NCBI RefSeq assembly: GCF_009914755.1
Contig: NC_060932.1
Source: the human T2T-CHM13v2.0 reference genome, Homo sapiens
Strand: one strand, 5' to 3'
DNA length: 64,000 nucleotides
The notes under the pieces are model-generated. The model did no database searches and was not told the DNA's origin. It was given only the letters and a program-made list of their open reading frames with translations. The translations under genes were made by a program, and so were the position numbers. Shown here piece after piece: positions 60,815 through 64,000 of this stretch. The first letter of the stretch is position 1; each line of letters begins with the position of its first letter.

Positions 60815-60934
60815 CTGTCGGAGAGAAAAATTAACATATAAAACAAAAGTCTACACTACTCAGGCTCTATTTTATAAAAAAAAAAAAAAAAAAAAAATTC
60901 ATAATAAGTAATTGAGGTTTTGGAACAAACCTAA

Positions 60935-61340
<406 letters not shown>

Positions 61341-61769
61341 CAATTTTATCTGTTGTTACAGAGCTTCTTGTACAGACTGCAGAGTTCAACAAATATTTGT
61401 TGAATTAAACTCTATCATGAACATACATGAAGCTATGTCTGACACAAAAAAAAAGAAAAACAGGCACTGACATCACAATATAGTCAGATCTAAAATATAA
61501 AAATTATCCTCTAAAAACTCTTGTAAGATGGCTTGAAATAGCCACTTACAATTGCTTTAAATCACATTATCTTTGTTAGTTTCATGGATGAACTAAAATA
61601 CAGATAAATAAGCAAGACTCAAGCACAAAATCTTCCAGTTTGAATTTCACATCACTCTTTTATAATTTGATTAGCTCTGTAGATTCTCCTTCCTTGCTTT
61701 CCTATAGTGAAGGTGCTTCTAACAAATAGAGAAATGGGTAAAAACAGAGGGGAAAGAGGCTTGTAACGG

Positions 61770-62215
61770 CAAAGTACAATGGAAAAAGACAAAGCTGACA
61801 GTCATGTGGGAGGGAGGAAAGTTCAAGTTAAGAAAGGTTAGATTGTAAAAAACCATGTTAGCAATGTTTGATTCTATCCTAAAAGAAACAGGATTCTATT
61901 ACAGGGGTTTAAGCAATGGAGTGATATGATCATATAATCATTTTGAAAAGATTGTGTTCACATTGTAGAGAAGGTACTGGAAGGAAGCAGGAAGCAAATG
62001 TAAAGGCTGGAGATAAACCAGGTGGCTGGGACAGTCCACGAGAGAGAATGGTGGCTTGGATCAAGTGACAGTCATGGGAAAGGACAGAAGTACAGAGATT
62101 CCAGAAAAATTGAGGATACAAAGTGTTGGGAGACAGGGAAGACTGACTCAGATTTTTCCAGCTAGAGGGAGCATGAGGCCAATAACTGAGATGGGGAAGG
62201 GACAGGAGGTACAAT
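61770..62215 (+). mobile_element. L2 remnant
   Basis: GGGTTTAAGCAATGGAGTGATATGATC...GATAAACCAGGT...GGTGGCTTGGA motifs. Confidence 0.55.
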
Positions 62216-62324
62216 AGTTCAGTGTATGGTTCTGGGACTGGACTGCCTGAGTTCAATTATCAGCCCCAATACTTACCTTGTACCACTGATTTCTGAAATT
62301 TTTTTTTTTTTCTGAATAGCTTAC

Positions 62325-62445
62325 CTTGTTGTCCACCTAAGAGTCTTTCTACTCCTTTGATTAATTTGTGGCGGTGCCCATATGCATTGATGCCTATTTC
62401 TTTCAACTCTTCATGACCCATATCAGCCAACACATCTAGTGTAAT
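62325..62445 (-). CDS. TNKS: Tankyrase-1 coding exon (7th from last; C-terminal part of SAM domain)
   Basis: Minus strand reads [40 protein letters not shown](G). AG acceptor at 62446-47, GT donor at 62323-24; 121 bp, phase 0->1. Confidence 0.96.
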
Positions 62446-63954
62446 CTGAAAAATGAAACAAAATTAGCTAGGATATCTTTAACAGTTCTTAAGAGGACAA
62501 AAGCTTTTCCAATTGCCTTCAATGCTACGAGTACCATTCAAATTAAGAAAATTCTTTTGTTCCCTTTATAAACATGAGCTTACAATTTTTTTAAAGTTGT
62601 CTTGATAGTCTCATCAGCTTTTCTGCTTACTTGAAGTACTCTTTGATTTGCTTTTTGTCCATGAGAATTAAAAAGGGAGAAACAATACTATAGAAATACA
62701 AAATGATCATCACTATATTTCCTTTAGATTATTTTGTTCTATCATCTACTGCTTGCCTCAAGATAGAGGAGGAATCAGTAGCTTGAAAATGGGAAAACAC
62801 CAGATCCTAGTATCCAGCAGGGAGTAGAAATGAACGGTGGGGGAAAGGGAGAGGCGTTCAGCACAAGTAAACAACGCAGGAAAAGGAGAAAGCAATTTTT
62901 AGATGAAGATAAGGAAGAACTTCTCAGTGCTAAGAAATACTCAAGCCCGGGACAGGCTTCCTTAAAAAGCAGTGAGATTGACATCTCAAGTATTTGGTTA
63001 GATTACAAACTGTTTTAAAGAGGCTACATTTTAAAATTCCAATTTGGATAAGAAAATTAGATTCTTTTTAAACTCTCTCATAAATTCTCAGACTTAATCC
63101 CTTCTCCTTAAAATACATTCTGTTTTTATACAACATAGTGCTTTTTAATTTTTGGTTAGTTTTTAACTTTTGGTTATTCATCCTTGTAAAATGGAGATGA
63201 TTAGTTGGCTCAAAATAACCTAATTCCTTTATGGACTAAAGTAGCTGGGACTCTACTACCACCCAGTGGCTACATTCTGAACACACAGGATGAACGCGGG
63301 TAGCCACATTTCTTGAAGGCTGAACATGCAATTTTCCAGCCCTGATGAAGCTAGCTTTGTGACAATCCATATACTAGTCTACAAGATTAGTCTTTGATTT
63401 TCCCCTGCCTTGGAAAACCAAGAAATCCTTTTATAGACATGCAGTTTCCAACTCAAACAAGATCGCTTTTTTCCACTTTTTAACTTGCAAGTAACATTTA
63501 AAAAACTGACAAATTAGGCCTGGACCTCTGCTGATTTTTTTGTCAGAATAAAATATGAGTTTGATCTTTCCAGTGAAATGAGCATATATCACTCGTTCTT
63601 TGGAAATAATTTTCTATATTGCTTCTAAGTGGCCATTTAAGCAATAATTGCTTCATTGCACAAAGCGGGCAATTCACATCCAACCACCCAAAAGAAAGGT
63701 TTCAGCAGAGCTTTAAAAACAAAACAAAACAAAACAACAAACCCCAGTTCTGAAATACACATCTTTGAGATGGAATAGTTCACAAAATAATAGGAGCCTT
63801 TACATTCTTAGCTAGACATGATTTTAATATAATTTGGAAACTATGTTATTGATGTCCCATTTTTTTCTTCTAAATATTCTAAACTAACTTCAGTTTAAAA
63901 CCAAGGGTCTCATATCTATGTGGTAACTTCAACTTAGAGAATTCTCAGACTTTA

Positions 63955-64000
63955 CTTTTTTTTTTTTTGTTTTGTTTTCTTTTGAGACAGAGTCTCGCTC
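63955..64000 (-). mobile_element. Alu 3' end (truncated by the window edge)
   Basis: T-rich tail followed by GAGACAGAGTCTCGCTC. Confidence 0.85.

Overview
This is human (primate) genomic DNA. The right third holds the last seven exons of tankyrase-1 (TNKS, end of the SAM domain plus the PARP catalytic domain) on the minus strand. All splice junctions are GT/AG with consistent phases, the stop is at 44706-44708, and a ~5.6 kb 3'UTR ends near an AATAAA at 39112-39117. The last intron carries a ~3.5 kb almost pure polypyrimidine tract. The left two-thirds (downstream of TNKS) is repeat-dense. It contains a decayed L1PA-type LINE-1 with a younger L1 3' fragment nested in ORF1, and a HERV-K(HML-5)/LTR22 provirus with a perfect 6-bp TSD. 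That provirus's integrase is split by a complete HERV-H provirus (5-bp TSD, Phe-like PBS), which itself carries an AluYb8 and an AluY. There is also a palindromic-unit SATR-like satellite that flips orientation in its middle, several solo LTRs, and many Alus. I found no credible new protein-coding system; the best leads are structural (satellite, CT tract, nested ERVs). Repeat subfamily names come from remembered consensus sequences and need RepeatMasker/Dfam confirmation.
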